Source: Escherichia coli O157 typing phage 13
Length of the DNA stretch: 64,000 nucleotides
Strand: one strand, 5' to 3'
Sequence record: KP869111
Below are positions 48,122 to 57,900 of this stretch, one piece after another (within the stretch, counting starts at the first letter, position 1; each line of letters opens with the position of its first letter). A program made the position numbers and the translations under genes. A model generated the notes under the pieces. It ran no database searches and had not been told where the DNA came from. It worked only from the letters and a program-made list of their open reading frames with translations.

Positions 48122-48426
48122 TATAATGTTCTCTCAAATTTGTGGAAGCATTTACGGCATTTCAATTTCAAGTTATCACTGGTCCAGTTAACCAGTTGGA
48201 CTTGGATAGTTCCACATTCCGGACATGGATGTTTTGCTGCCGATTTGGCAGCATTTTCACGTCGTTCAACCATTTTCATGATTTCGTTCCATGCTGGAGG
48301 AACGAACTCTTCTTCACCGTGGATTTTATCTCGCTGAACAAATTCAATCTTTGAACTATCGTCAATAAACTTAACCAAGCGGTGATTAGTGTTCATATCA
48401 ATATCCTCTAAAAGACGTAGTTTCAT
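48121..48426 (-). CDS. hypothetical protein with C-terminal zinc-ribbon (CPEC...CRKC)
   Basis: 101-aa ORF. Confidence 0.45.
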   Translation of the reverse strand: MKLRLLEDIDMNTNHRLVKFIDDSSKIEFVQRDKIHGEEEFVPPAWNEIMKMVERRENAAKSAAKHPCPECGTIQVQLVNWTSDNLKLKCRKCFHKFERTL

Positions 48427-49370
48427 TATAACACCTCAATGGCATTTCGTAAACCATCCGCTTTCGCATTCAGAGCTTTTAACGATTTAGTCTGTTCTTT
48501 AATCTGGGCTTCGACTTCTTTCAGACGAGATTTGAGATATTCGCGTTCTTCGGCCATGATATCGACCTTTTCTGCTTTAGGTTCTTTAATAGGCTTAAAC
48601 ACATTAGGGTTCTTCAGTTTAATTTTAATTCGAGAACTGAATAACATTGAACCGTTATCTTCGGTTTCGTCGAACATTTCAACAACATCCATAGTCTGTA
48701 ACATCATGCGAAGTTTATAAGACAGAGAACGAATGGTTTTGTTGCGCTTATTAATTTCTTCGGCTTTCATGGTACCGAGATTACGTGAGTAATAATAAGG
48801 AACCTGGATATCAATTGATAACGATGCGTTACCATTACCAGTTGGTTTGAATACTGCAGTAACCCAATCTTTAACATGAACTTTATTTGTACGACCATCG
48901 CCGCCTGTGAATAATTTACGTGAATGTTTAAAAAGCATATTCACTTGGTTATTGAATTCACAAGCAAATTTATCAGCAAATTTAGTTTCAGGAATGGTGG
49001 AGAACCAATCAGCTAAATGAGTCTTTTTAACATCATTAACAATAGTGAATTCAACCAAATCGGTTTTAGATGTCACAGATTTAATAAAGCTCGGTTTCAT
49101 AAAGTTTTTAATGTTATCACGAGCCACAGTAGAAGATAATAAACGAGAACGTTTGAACCATTGAAGCAACGTCCCTAATGAATGAGAATATGCATTTTGA
49201 GTATCTTTACAGATATGATTTTCTTGGCCTGTGTATGTACCAAAATCGCGAAGAATACCACTTACTACATCTCGGTGTGGAACATCAAATCCTAATGAAC
49301 CAGAAGCACGTTGGGCATGAACGTTAGCGATAAGACCTGCAAAGTATTCAATGTAATGTGAACGTGTCAT
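48426..49370 (-). CDS. hypothetical protein with C-terminal coiled coil
   Basis: 314 aa; own conserved promoter at 49400-49429. Confidence 0.55.
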   Translation of the reverse strand: MTRSHYIEYFAGLIANVHAQRASGSLGFDVPHRDVVSGILRDFGTYTGQENHICKDTQNAYSHSLGTLLQWFKRSRLLSSTVARDNIKNFMKPSFIKSVTSKTDLVEFTIVNDVKKTHLADWFSTIPETKFADKFACEFNNQVNMLFKHSRKLFTGGDGRTNKVHVKDWVTAVFKPTGNGNASLSIDIQVPYYYSRNLGTMKAEEINKRNKTIRSLSYKLRMMLQTMDVVEMFDETEDNGSMLFSSRIKIKLKNPNVFKPIKEPKAEKVDIMAEEREYLKSRLKEVEAQIKEQTKSLKALNAKADGLRNAIEVL

Positions 49371-49399
49371 AATATTTTCCTCTCGTTAAGATAGATTCA

Positions 49400-49429
49400 T
49401 TATACTCCAACCATCCTTGGTTGTAAACT
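49400..49429 (-). promoter_or_regulatory. early-type promoter, conserved copy (GTTTACAACCAAGGATGGTTGGAGTATAAT)
   Basis: identical core to 7389-7418. Confidence 0.55.
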
Positions 49430-49432
49430 ATT

Positions 49433-50392
49433 TTATGATTTTAACGCATTCATTGCGTTAAAAAGTTTAGAATACTGCAACTGGAGATTCGTTACAACAC
49501 TTTGAGCATCACGAAGCTTAGCTTGTGCTTTGTCAAGTTCAACAGACAGTTGGTCCATAGTGGCCTTGATTTGATTGTAATGGTAATCTTCGGCCGGAAG
49601 AAGGTCATTAGAAACATTTAGTTTTACTGCAGACAGTTTGCACACATTTGGCAAACCTTTAAACATTGATTTACCCGAAGTAGAATAAGCACTTAGGACT
49701 TCGGCCTGTTCAATTGGGGTCCCAGTAAGCGATGCTTCAAACAATGCATTTTCCTTTTTAAGATTTTGATAATATTCGGAGTCTTTGTGCCACCATGGCG
49801 CAGGAACCTTTTTACCAATAGATACACGAGCCTGGATAGCGATATGGCCCTTATTCTTGATAAGGTCGATAATATTAAGCTCACGAGAATAAATCGCTTT
49901 AATCTGGTGGATATTATCACCTAAAACTTCCAACGCTTGGTGGAATACACGAGCGACATTATCATTCTTAGGTTTATACGTAAGAGTGAACTCATTCTCA
50001 CTGATAACCATGATTTCCAACTTATCGTAAGTATATTTCAAATGTTTCATGTTAATTGCTTGAGGACGAATACGAGAAGCAATGGCCATCAGATTGTTAA
50101 GGTTATTCCGGAACTGCTTAGCGAAATATTGTCCTTCACCGCCAATACAAAAATTACGAAGTTTCTGTTTGGCCAATAAACGGCTGAACTCACCATTTTT
50201 AATGAACTCTTTAACGGGTGTGTTAGTAACGCATTCAAATTGAGTAAACTTACGAGAAGTAATCCCATAATATGAACAGATTTCCTCAATCTCTTCAGGA
50301 GTCTTTACAGGCATACGGATAGGATTAGGTCCTGGAGTATATGCGTTCGAGGTAAATTCTTTGATAAGTTCTCTACGTGTAATAAAAGCCAT
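49433..50392 (-). CDS. hypothetical protein with C-terminal coiled coil
   Basis: 319 aa; GAGGAA SD; own conserved promoter. Confidence 0.55.
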   Translation of the reverse strand: MAFITRRELIKEFTSNAYTPGPNPIRMPVKTPEEIEEICSYYGITSRKFTQFECVTNTPVKEFIKNGEFSRLLAKQKLRNFCIGGEGQYFAKQFRNNLNNLMAIASRIRPQAINMKHLKYTYDKLEIMVISENEFTLTYKPKNDNVARVFHQALEVLGDNIHQIKAIYSRELNIIDLIKNKGHIAIQARVSIGKKVPAPWWHKDSEYYQNLKKENALFEASLTGTPIEQAEVLSAYSTSGKSMFKGLPNVCKLSAVKLNVSNDLLPAEDYHYNQIKATMDQLSVELDKAQAKLRDAQSVVTNLQLQYSKLFNAMNALKS

Positions 50393-50418
50393 TTTATATT
50401 CCTCATGTTGAAAAATTT

Positions 50419-50448
50419 ATTATACTCCAACCATCCTTGGTTGTACAT
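50419..50448 (-). promoter_or_regulatory. early-type promoter, conserved copy (TGTACAACCAAGGATGGTTGGAGTATAAT)
   Basis: 26-nt identity with copies at 7389 and 49400. Confidence 0.55.
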
Positions 50449-51443
50449 CATTCCTTAAGAAGTTTTACTACCTGAATAAGATTAGCTCGTTCTGTTTTAT
50501 TTTTACCGTTTAAGCCTGCTAATCGTGAGATTTCATCGTCAGTCTGTTGAATAGTTACATTAAGTTCGTTAATCAAAGCTTCAAAGTATTTGATTTGCTC
50601 AGCATGTTTTGATTCAAATTTCTGAACCGGAATAACGTCTTGGTTCAGTTCATCAATAAGGTCTTTAAGAGCATCTTCTTGGTTGATATCATATTCAACT
50701 TCTTTTATTTCTTCAACGAGCTCGTCTTTATATCTAACGTCTTTTAGTCCTGGAGCTGGTCCTGAAATCTCTTCTTTAAGAGTACAAACATACCCAATAC
50801 GGTATCCAACGCCGTCTCGCTTGATATCAACTTCGTCGATAAATCCACAATGTTTAAGTCCAGAGCCGATTATGTCAAAATATCCTTGACGTCGTCCTTC
50901 AAACGTTACACGAACTACTAAGACGGTTTTGCCACCGACCTTTTGAAGCTCACATTTATAAAAGTTTGTTGAACCTGAATAACATGGATGAGTTTTAAAG
51001 TTCATCTGACGATCTAGGCCCATTTGTAAACGTGCTGTTACGGCCATAAAACGTGTTTGGTTCTCGTTAAGATGAGCAACAATCCATTTCAAAGGCATTT
51101 TACCCTGTTCACGGCCGAACAAATCAGTACGTCCTAGATTACGCAGGATGTTGTTAGAGTTAATCATCGACAGAACGTTAAGTTTATTCAGCGCGCTGAA
51201 GATTCCATCAGCCATTGATTTTCCATAACCTTTACACGCTTTAATAAGTGCTCGCGGCAGATTAGTATAGATTTCAGACGGCATATGAAAATCAAATTTA
51301 CTAGTCAGTAATTGATGAACTTGGATAGCAATTTGCTCATAATTAAGTGCTCTGCGATCGTTATGGTCTTTAAACCATACTTTAATCTGTGAAGCACATA
51401 AACCGTTAATTTCATGTTTTACCGCATCAGATGTAATGCTCAT
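50448..51443 (-). CDS. hypothetical protein with C-terminal coiled coil
   Basis: 331-aa ORF. Confidence 0.55.
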   Translation of the reverse strand: MSITSDAVKHEINGLCASQIKVWFKDHNDRRALNYEQIAIQVHQLLTSKFDFHMPSEIYTNLPRALIKACKGYGKSMADGIFSALNKLNVLSMINSNNILRNLGRTDLFGREQGKMPLKWIVAHLNENQTRFMAVTARLQMGLDRQMNFKTHPCYSGSTNFYKCELQKVGGKTVLVVRVTFEGRRQGYFDIIGSGLKHCGFIDEVDIKRDGVGYRIGYVCTLKEEISGPAPGLKDVRYKDELVEEIKEVEYDINQEDALKDLIDELNQDVIPVQKFESKHAEQIKYFEALINELNVTIQQTDDEISRLAGLNGKNKTERANLIQVVKLLKE

Positions 51444-51505
51444 AACTATTTCCTCGGATTGAATTGGAACTCAAAACCATTATAACCCGTCCTTGGGTAA
51501 AGCGT

Positions 51506-52033
51506 TTATGCGTGAACCGACTTTAAACGTTCTTCAAATTTCCGAAGAGTACTAATACGTTCTGCTTTCTGTTTTGTATAGTTTGCAATACGTTCTGAAG
51601 TGAGAGCGTATCGTTCGTTTACTGTTTCTTTCATGAAGTCAGGGATTTCACGAGAAGCTTTAATTTCATCAAACTTATCGAGTACTGCCTGGTCTTCAGC
51701 AATTAAATTTTCGTACATCTCGATATCTTTCTTGATGAAGTCGATATCTTCCTGGGTTACTTTGGATAAACGAGATGCTTTATCCTTTTTGTACTGCTCG
51801 TTAGTTTCACGAGACCAGAATAATGTACGTTTTTTGTTAGTGTTTTTGTAGACTTCCACAATTCCAACTGAATCGATGATAACAATCCAATTCCAGCGAG
51901 ATTTGAAAATCTGACCTCCGTCCACGGTAATCTCGTTACCATAAGCAATGTCATTAAAGAACTTACTTTGTGCTTCGGATTTAAATTTACCGTCGTTATA
52001 ATTTACCAGGTTGAAAATATCTTTAGCGTTCAT
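51506..52033 (-). CDS. hypothetical protein
   Basis: 175 aa; GTTTAC promoter hairpin at about 52040-52090 upstream. Confidence 0.5.
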   Translation of the reverse strand: MNAKDIFNLVNYNDGKFKSEAQSKFFNDIAYGNEITVDGGQIFKSRWNWIVIIDSVGIVEVYKNTNKKRTLFWSRETNEQYKKDKASRLSKVTQEDIDFIKKDIEMYENLIAEDQAVLDKFDEIKASREIPDFMKETVNERYALTSERIANYTKQKAERISTLRKFEERLKSVHA

Positions 52034-52091
52034 GTTTTACCTCCAGTAGTTGATAGGTCTATAATAACATAACCATAGACCTTGTAAACAA

Positions 52092-52379
52092 CTAAAAGAA
52101 ACTTTTTTCGGTATTTTTTCCACTGAACCAAACAGACTTCGGGATTTTTTGTAATTTTTCAGATTTAAGTTTCTCTTCCTGTTCTTTCTTATATACACCC
52201 TTGTCGTACTGGAGCATCTCTATGACATTCTTTTGCAAACGATCTAAGGTAATTAAGGCTTTAGTTTTTCCTTTCAAGGAAGAGTCCTGGCGAACCTCCT
52301 CGCTATATTGCATTGTAGAACTAACCATACGATGAGCATAGAGTTCGACTGCGGCTTTAATTTTTTGCATAAAATCCAT
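52092..52379 (-). CDS. hypothetical protein
   Basis: 95 aa; AGAGGA SD 8 nt before ATG. Confidence 0.45.
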   Translation of the reverse strand: MDFMQKIKAAVELYAHRMVSSTMQYSEEVRQDSSLKGKTKALITLDRLQKNVIEMLQYDKGVYKKEQEEKLKSEKLQKIPKSVWFSGKNTEKSFF

Positions 52380-52517
52380 AACATATCCTCTTTGATTTGT
52401 ACATCATTATTTTTAAATATTTCTATGCCCTCAGTAGGTTCCTGGTGTCCTTCTTTGAGGTAAGCCATATGATTATTCATCTTTATGGCTTTTGTTACCT
52501 CAGAACTTCCTATAAGC

Positions 52518-53519
52518 TTATTTCAGTAAAGTAACTTCCGAGATTTCTTCCCAACCATCTTTATCAGTTGAAATAAAATCTGCTACATAAAGAGCCGTAC
52601 GTAATGATACATTGCGAAGACGAGATACGTTAGCCTTCATCCAGGACAATGCTTTATACGTTTCTGCATCCGTCAGACCACGTTTCTGCATCATGTCAGT
52701 AGATAATATTACATCTTCAACTCGAACCATAATCTCTTCATTAGAGTGTACTCCAAGGTCGAGATACACTGAACGAGATACTAAAGCTTGAAGGTGTGGA
52801 GCAAGTTTCGAACCCCGTTCTAACTCTTTATCGATATCAACGTTTGTAATGAAAACGATAGTACCTTCAAACTCAAATTCTTTATCAATACCCTTATCCT
52901 CGAGATAAGATGACGCAGTGCTCCAACAAACTTTGCGTTTATCTCCGGTATCTAATGCTGCTTTAAGAAGGTTCAGGATGTCCATATCTGAGAATACGTC
53001 AACGTCATCGATTAAGAGAACGCTGTCTTCATCACGGTTGAGCCAAAGTTGTTCGTAAAGGCCAATACCAGAGATTTTACCATTAATGCTTTTGTATTTG
53101 ATGAAACCATTATCATTAGCATTATTAAGTGCTTTATCCAGAGAATACGTCTTACCAATACCAGCTGCACCTGAAATAATGAGTGAACGAATTTTGCCAT
53201 CGATAATGCCATTCGTCATCATGTTCATTACTTTAAAGCGTTTGTTGATACGGGTTTTCATATCTTCAGTGCTTTCAACAACTGCAACTGGTGATGTCTC
53301 AACTCCTTCCATTACGATGTCTGATTTGAAGACCCATACTCCACGTTCAGAACCATCAATCATAACGAAAATTTTACCATCACCTAAGTGGGAACATTCA
53401 GGATTAAGCTTTGCCGGGAACCAGGTCTTTGTGGCAACATAAGAACCAGAGATTTCGTTATTACGATAGATACCTTTTTTGATTTGAACGTTGAACATTT
53501 TATTCTCCAATTTACTCAT
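52518..53519 (-). CDS. P-loop ATPase (AAA-like) with N-terminal domain of unknown function
   Basis: 333 aa; Walker A ISGAAGIGKT, Walker B LLIDDVD. Confidence 0.5.
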   Translation of the reverse strand: MSKLENKMFNVQIKKGIYRNNEISGSYVATKTWFPAKLNPECSHLGDGKIFVMIDGSERGVWVFKSDIVMEGVETSPVAVVESTEDMKTRINKRFKVMNMMTNGIIDGKIRSLIISGAAGIGKTYSLDKALNNANDNGFIKYKSINGKISGIGLYEQLWLNRDEDSVLLIDDVDVFSDMDILNLLKAALDTGDKRKVCWSTASSYLEDKGIDKEFEFEGTIVFITNVDIDKELERGSKLAPHLQALVSRSVYLDLGVHSNEEIMVRVEDVILSTDMMQKRGLTDAETYKALSWMKANVSRLRNVSLRTALYVADFISTDKDGWEEISEVTLLK

Positions 53520-53595
53520 TTCGTTTCGATAGGTCTATAGTATCATATCCTAAAAGCATGTACACTACTTTTTAAAAATATTTTAACCCCCTAAA

Positions 53596-53612
53596 GGGAC
53601 CCGAAGGTCCCC
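53596..53612 (-). terminator. hairpin GGGGACC-UUCG-GGUCCC after secreted-protein gene
   Basis: GC-rich stem with UUCG loop; only a short U-tract. Confidence 0.4.
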
Positions 53613-53616
53613 ACAT

Positions 53617-53883
53617 TTACTTATCACACTTAGCAACATAATTAGGCATATCACAGAATACAGAGCGAGTAACTACTCGACCCTTTGACCATGCTTCAGT
53701 TGCTTGTCCGGCCGTGCTATTAATATAGCTTGATTTAATGTTCTCAATACCCTGAGAATGTGATGCATTTACCGAACCGTTAGAAGGCCCAGAAGACTGG
53801 TTACCACCAGCTCCTGCGCCCGTGGTAGCACCAACAGAGAATGCCATCATTACTGCGAATAAACCAATTACTAATTTTTTCAT
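53617..53883 (-). CDS. secreted Gly/Ser/Asn-rich small protein
   Basis: 88 aa; N-terminal signal peptide MKKLVIGLFAVMMAFSVGA. Confidence 0.45.
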   Translation of the reverse strand: MKKLVIGLFAVMMAFSVGATTGAGAGGNQSSGPSNGSVNASHSQGIENIKSSYINSTAGQATEAWSKGRVVTRSVFCDMPNYVAKCDK

Positions 53884-53914
53884 ATTTACCTCAAGTTAAT
53901 GGTTATTTATCTAT

Positions 53915-54904
53915 TTATTTATAGTAAGAATTATGATTTTCGAGATAGACTTGCTCAAGGAAGTCATCCCAGAAACTCATATCTACTTTTTGTTGCATAC
54001 CGTTCTTAGCGGCTTGTTCTGACGCATGTTCAACTTGGTCAACGATATCTTCTAGGAATTCTTGCACAGTTTTAAACGTATGTTTACCAAGCTTAACATC
54101 GAGAATAAATGGAGCATCCTGAAGTGGGTAAACCAGGTCGCCGGTTTTGTAAATTTCCAATAATTGAAGTCCACCACGACATGCATGACTCAATGCTTTC
54201 CAGTCAATACCTTCGTTAGCTTCTGCCTTACGAGCACGTTCGCCATAGTTCTCTTCCAGTTTAACCAGGATGGCATTGAACTCTTTATTGGTTAACGTAT
54301 CTTGGAATTTACGGTCTAACAGATTATAGAATGTTTGCTTACCTGTTTTCTCGTTTTCGGTTTCAACCCATGAAGCAAATTCACCTACAGGCAGAACATT
54401 CTTCATATGTGATAAACGAATTACTGCACCATTATCAAAGTATTGTCCCCATTCATTAGAACGTTTAAGGGCTTGACGAAGAACAGCCAGTCGAGAACCC
54501 TTGACACCGTATTTAGAAGCTTGCTTACGGACATACCCTAAATAAGATTTCATGTTAGTGGTATAGAAACGAGACCTGTTATCTTGAATATACTTCCATA
54601 CATCAGGCAAATCAGATTTAACTACTAGACTTTGTGGAGTGTGAAGCATATCTAATGCGACGGTTTCACCATCTGCAGCTAGTTTAAAGAAATATTTGAG
54701 ACTATATAACTCATGGTCCACGTCGTCTTTTGTGTTCTTAGAAGATGTGTTATTCGTGTTCTTGCTCATGTGTTCTTTAACGTTACCGGTCAAGATATCA
54801 CGAGCATGAGGGACATAAATTTCTTTAAAATCGACGTCAGATTCAGGAGTAGACGTTCCATAAAGGTGGCTACCAAAGTAGCCTTTCATAATTGTTTTCA
54901 TCAT
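53915..54904 (-). CDS. polymerase-beta-type nucleotidyltransferase-fold protein, function unknown
   Basis: 329 aa; N-terminal GSHLYGTSTPESDVDF fits the G[SG]x9-13 DxD NTase motif. Confidence 0.5.
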   Translation of the reverse strand: MMKTIMKGYFGSHLYGTSTPESDVDFKEIYVPHARDILTGNVKEHMSKNTNNTSSKNTKDDVDHELYSLKYFFKLAADGETVALDMLHTPQSLVVKSDLPDVWKYIQDNRSRFYTTNMKSYLGYVRKQASKYGVKGSRLAVLRQALKRSNEWGQYFDNGAVIRLSHMKNVLPVGEFASWVETENEKTGKQTFYNLLDRKFQDTLTNKEFNAILVKLEENYGERARKAEANEGIDWKALSHACRGGLQLLEIYKTGDLVYPLQDAPFILDVKLGKHTFKTVQEFLEDIVDQVEHASEQAAKNGMQQKVDMSFWDDFLEQVYLENHNSYYK

Positions 54905-55374
54905 TTAGCCTTATATTCAAGAGTAGGACAGACTTTTTCTTTACGAGCTTTAAGGTATTCGCCTATTAATGATTTCTTACGTTCAATAGGCTCAAGTCCA
55001 TTTTTAATTCGTTCTTGGTTTTGCGCAATGAGCTCAATTTCTTTATAATATTTTCTGTCGTTATATTTGTCTAACAACCAAGACGGACCAATTACCAACC
55101 CGGTAGCAATAAAAGCCATGACTGCTACAATTAAAATGCCTACACCAATTGAGGCTGGAACTAATGTCCATAGACTGCTAAAAACAAAGAATTTAGTTAA
55201 AATTTCCTGGCCAATGATTGTGACTGCTGCTAAAATCGCAAATCCAATAATTGAAACAGCCAATACCGGGATTAACGTTTTCCAAAAATAAGCACACAAC
55301 GTTTTCGGACGATTCCATGTACTATTGAACGCGGCATAAATTTTAAAGTGCCAAGAGTTTTCATTGATAATCAT
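54901..55374 (-). CDS. membrane protein (3-4 TM helices)
   Basis: 157-aa ORF; ATGA-type overlap with upstream gene. Confidence 0.45.
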   Translation of the reverse strand: MIINENSWHFKIYAAFNSTWNRPKTLCAYFWKTLIPVLAVSIIGFAILAAVTIIGQEILTKFFVFSSLWTLVPASIGVGILIVAVMAFIATGLVIGPSWLLDKYNDRKYYKEIELIAQNQERIKNGLEPIERKKSLIGEYLKARKEKVCPTLEYKAK

Positions 55375-55383
55375 AATAATTCC

Positions 55384-55914
55384 TTATTTCAAAGTTGGGA
55401 TAATAGAATCGAGATAAGCTTTAAGAGCAACTGCTTCATCTTTGTCTAATGTAACGATATGTTGACGAAGGTCATCAATTTGACGAATAACTACAACATC
55501 GCCATCTTCATAAGAAGGATTAACGCCTAGGACCGTTGTATAGTCAGGGCGGTCCTGATTTGTAATAAAAGCATTACGGCATTTAGCCCATTGAAGTTTG
55601 GCCTTTTTGGCTATTTCAGATTCCATTAATTCTTTCACCTTAGTGACGAATGTTTTCCAATTATTGATAGAAAGGCATTCATCTTCTGTTTCGATATTAA
55701 CCCCACTATAAAGACCGTGATAAAAACGAACTTGAAGGTCTTCATCGATGTTAATTACAGATGCATGGCCTGGCGGATTGAGTTTCAAAATCTTGTCCAG
55801 TTCCATAGGAAGAATAGTAACAGAATCATCTTCTTGTGTCAGAACGTAAGCATAACCACGTTTTTCGATACATAAATCACCAAACAACTCGGTTGTTTCA
55901 ATTACAATTTTCAT
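55384..55914 (-). CDS. hypothetical protein
   Basis: Track M1 is GTG; ATG at MKIVIE directly after the upstream stop. Confidence 0.5.
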   Translation of the reverse strand: MKIVIETTELFGDLCIEKRGYAYVLTQEDDSVTILPMELDKILKLNPPGHASVINIDEDLQVRFYHGLYSGVNIETEDECLSINNWKTFVTKVKELMESEIAKKAKLQWAKCRNAFITNQDRPDYTTVLGVNPSYEDGDVVVIRQIDDLRQHIVTLDKDEAVALKAYLDSIIPTLK

Positions 55915-55915
55915 A

Positions 55916-56095
55916 TTATTCACCAATTAAAGTTTCAACAAAATTCACCAAAGCATTCTGGCACGCATCAACCTGATTTTCATAAAAGTCTCCGTTATCA
56001 TTTACCGCGTGATAAGCTACATCATTCAAATCTGAATCGGCTTCACGTAGGTCACGGATAAGGTCCATCAATTTATTAGCTTGTTCACGGGTCAT
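55916..56095 (-). CDS. small acidic protein (59 aa)
   Basis: Own translation MTREQANKLMDLIRDL...; not in track. Confidence 0.3.
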   Translation of the reverse strand: MTREQANKLMDLIRDLREADSDLNDVAYHAVNDNGDFYENQVDACQNALVNFVETLIGE

Positions 56096-56259
56096 TTTAC
56101 CATACTCGTTTCAATAAGATTCACTATGCCGTTTACCATGTTATAAGTAAACATCGGATAATTGTATTGTACTACAACATAAGCGATAAGCAAAAGTTTC
56201 ATTTTGTTCTCCGTTTGTTTTGGTAGGACTACTATAACATAGTCCTACCAAGATGTAAA

Positions 56260-56466
56260 CTACCGATTGTGTTTTAAATGTTGATAAAGTTCTTCAACTT
56301 GTTTTGGGTCTAAAACAATTAGGTCATTTTCTTGGCGAAGATAAATCCATCCCTTATCCCCAGGACCATTTTTACAAAACATTGCCACCATATCATCATC
56401 TTCAGCGCTTTCAGGTAAAAGTTCAAGCACACCGTCTTCAGATTTTCTAGTATAATCGTAAAGCAT
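56260..56466 (-). CDS. hypothetical small acidic protein
   Basis: Start at ATG (MLYDYTRK) with GAGGA SD. Confidence 0.4.
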   Translation of the reverse strand: MLYDYTRKSEDGVLELLPESAEDDDMVAMFCKNGPGDKGWIYLRQENDLIVLDPKQVEELYQHLKHNR

Positions 56467-56473
56467 AATATCC

Positions 56474-56653
56474 TCACATAATCTCGTTAACATACATTTG
56501 CAATTCAGTGTGGGCGTCGGCCATCTTTTTCATAGCTCTGTTAATGTCGATGTCTCCATCTTCGCACCCATGAGCATTTTCCCAATCAGATACCGCATTA
56601 GCATACTCTTCAATCAAAAACATCAACTTAGAAATCTTTTCTTTACGTGTCAT
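56474..56653 (-). CDS. small protein (59 aa)
   Basis: Own translation MTRKEKISKLMFLIEEYANA...; AGGAGA SD; GTTTAC promoter hairpin upstream; not in track. Confidence 0.35.
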   Translation of the reverse strand: MTRKEKISKLMFLIEEYANAVSDWENAHGCEDGDIDINRAMKKMADAHTELQMYVNEIM

Positions 56654-56754
56654 AGCGTTCTCCTATAGTAAGTAAGGACTACTATAACACAACCTGAGGA
56701 GAAGTAAACTGATAGATGCCAAAAAGCCCCAACCATAAGGAAGGGGCTAGTAAA

Positions 56755-57057
56755 TTAGATAGATGTAGGCTCTAATTTTATTTTCATGAACTCGGCAAAT
56801 TGTCTGGCAGTTTTTATGCCTTGTTCATGACATTCAAATGCATCATCACAGGGACTATTTTTGTAATGCTTTGCCATATACTTATAGAATTTTTCAGAAT
56901 TCTCGACATTTTGAATTTCAAACAAAGTATATACGTTTTTAATCCCTGATTCCATAAAGTTATCAAAATATGGGTCGATATATGCAGTACCAACGATAGG
57001 AGTTGTTGCTGCAAAAAACCCCAGCATCGCCATGACAGCTATCGCTCTTAAGGCCAT
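56755..57057 (-). CDS. rI: lysis inhibition regulator rI (periplasmic antiholin-binding protein)
   Basis: 100 aa; MALRAIAVMAMLGFF...DPYFDNFMESGIKNVYTLFE matches T4 RI. Confidence 0.75.
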   Translation of the reverse strand: MALRAIAVMAMLGFFAATTPIVGTAYIDPYFDNFMESGIKNVYTLFEIQNVENSEKFYKYMAKHYKNSPCDDAFECHEQGIKTARQFAEFMKIKLEPTSI

Positions 57058-57069
57058 ATAGGCCTCCTG

Positions 57070-57282
57070 TTAATTTTGGCCAGTATTTATTTTTCGCCTT
57101 TGGACGGCCTTAACATCTGTGAGGTATTTTTCCAGCTTGCGCTTGCGTGTATAATCAGCTTTAGAACCAGTTTGACGGATATCCTCGTTTAAATGAGAAA
57201 TAGAATGTCCTAATTCTCTTCGGATTTCATCCAATTGGGTTACAGTAAGATTACGAAGTTGTCTTTCGTTTAATTGCTGCAT
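57070..57282 (-). CDS. hypothetical small basic protein (rI.1 position)
   Basis: 70-aa ORF. Confidence 0.4.
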   Translation of the reverse strand: MQQLNERQLRNLTVTQLDEIRRELGHSISHLNEDIRQTGSKADYTRKRKLEKYLTDVKAVQRRKINTGQN

Positions 57283-57309
57283 ATATACCTCTTGGTTAGA
57301 TATTAGTAT

Positions 57310-57891
57310 TTATAACAACCCTGTCAAATCATTCCAATGCTTCCGGCATAATGACACGTATCTATCGGTATCACCAATTTCAATTTGACTGCCATCTGTA
57401 ATTGGAAGTCCGTCTTCCGTGACTCTAGCTACCATTGTGGCCTTTTTACCGCAATGACAGACACCTTTAAGTTCAACAAGCTTATCGGCAATAGCCATTA
57501 ATGCTTGAGAACCTTCAAATAGATTACCTTTAAAATCTGTTCGTAGTCCATATGCCATTACTGGCACATTGTATACGTCAACAATACGACTAAGTTGATA
57601 CACCTTTTCAGTAGTTAAGAACTGAGCTTCGTCAACAAATACACAGTGAATATCCTTTTGTGCTGCAGCCCATTTATAGAATTCAAAGATATCCATGTCT
57701 TTTGTAATTATATTGGCATCCTGACGAATACCAATACGAGAGACTATTTCACCTTTTGAATCACGAGTATCAATAGCCGGTTTAAGAACTAATACACCCA
57801 TGCCACGTTCTTTATAGTTATGTGCGGCAGTAAGTAATGAAGAAGACTTACCAGCGTTCATAGCGGCATATGTAAAAATTAAACTAGCCAT
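57310..57891 (-). CDS. tk: thymidine kinase
   Basis: 193 aa; MASLIFTYAAMNAGKS P-loop, C-terminal zinc site CHCGKKAT; matches T4 Tk. Confidence 0.9.
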   Translation of the reverse strand: MASLIFTYAAMNAGKSSSLLTAAHNYKERGMGVLVLKPAIDTRDSKGEIVSRIGIRQDANIITKDMDIFEFYKWAAAQKDIHCVFVDEAQFLTTEKVYQLSRIVDVYNVPVMAYGLRTDFKGNLFEGSQALMAIADKLVELKGVCHCGKKATMVARVTEDGLPITDGSQIEIGDTDRYVSLCRKHWNDLTGLL

Positions 57892-57900
57892 AAGAGTCCC

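Noticed and set aside
52274-52480. 68-aa ORF overlapping the 5' part of the 52092..52379 gene
   Set aside because: Overlaps a better-supported ORF with a strong SD by about 105 nt and has only a distant, weak SD itself; kept out of the feature list.
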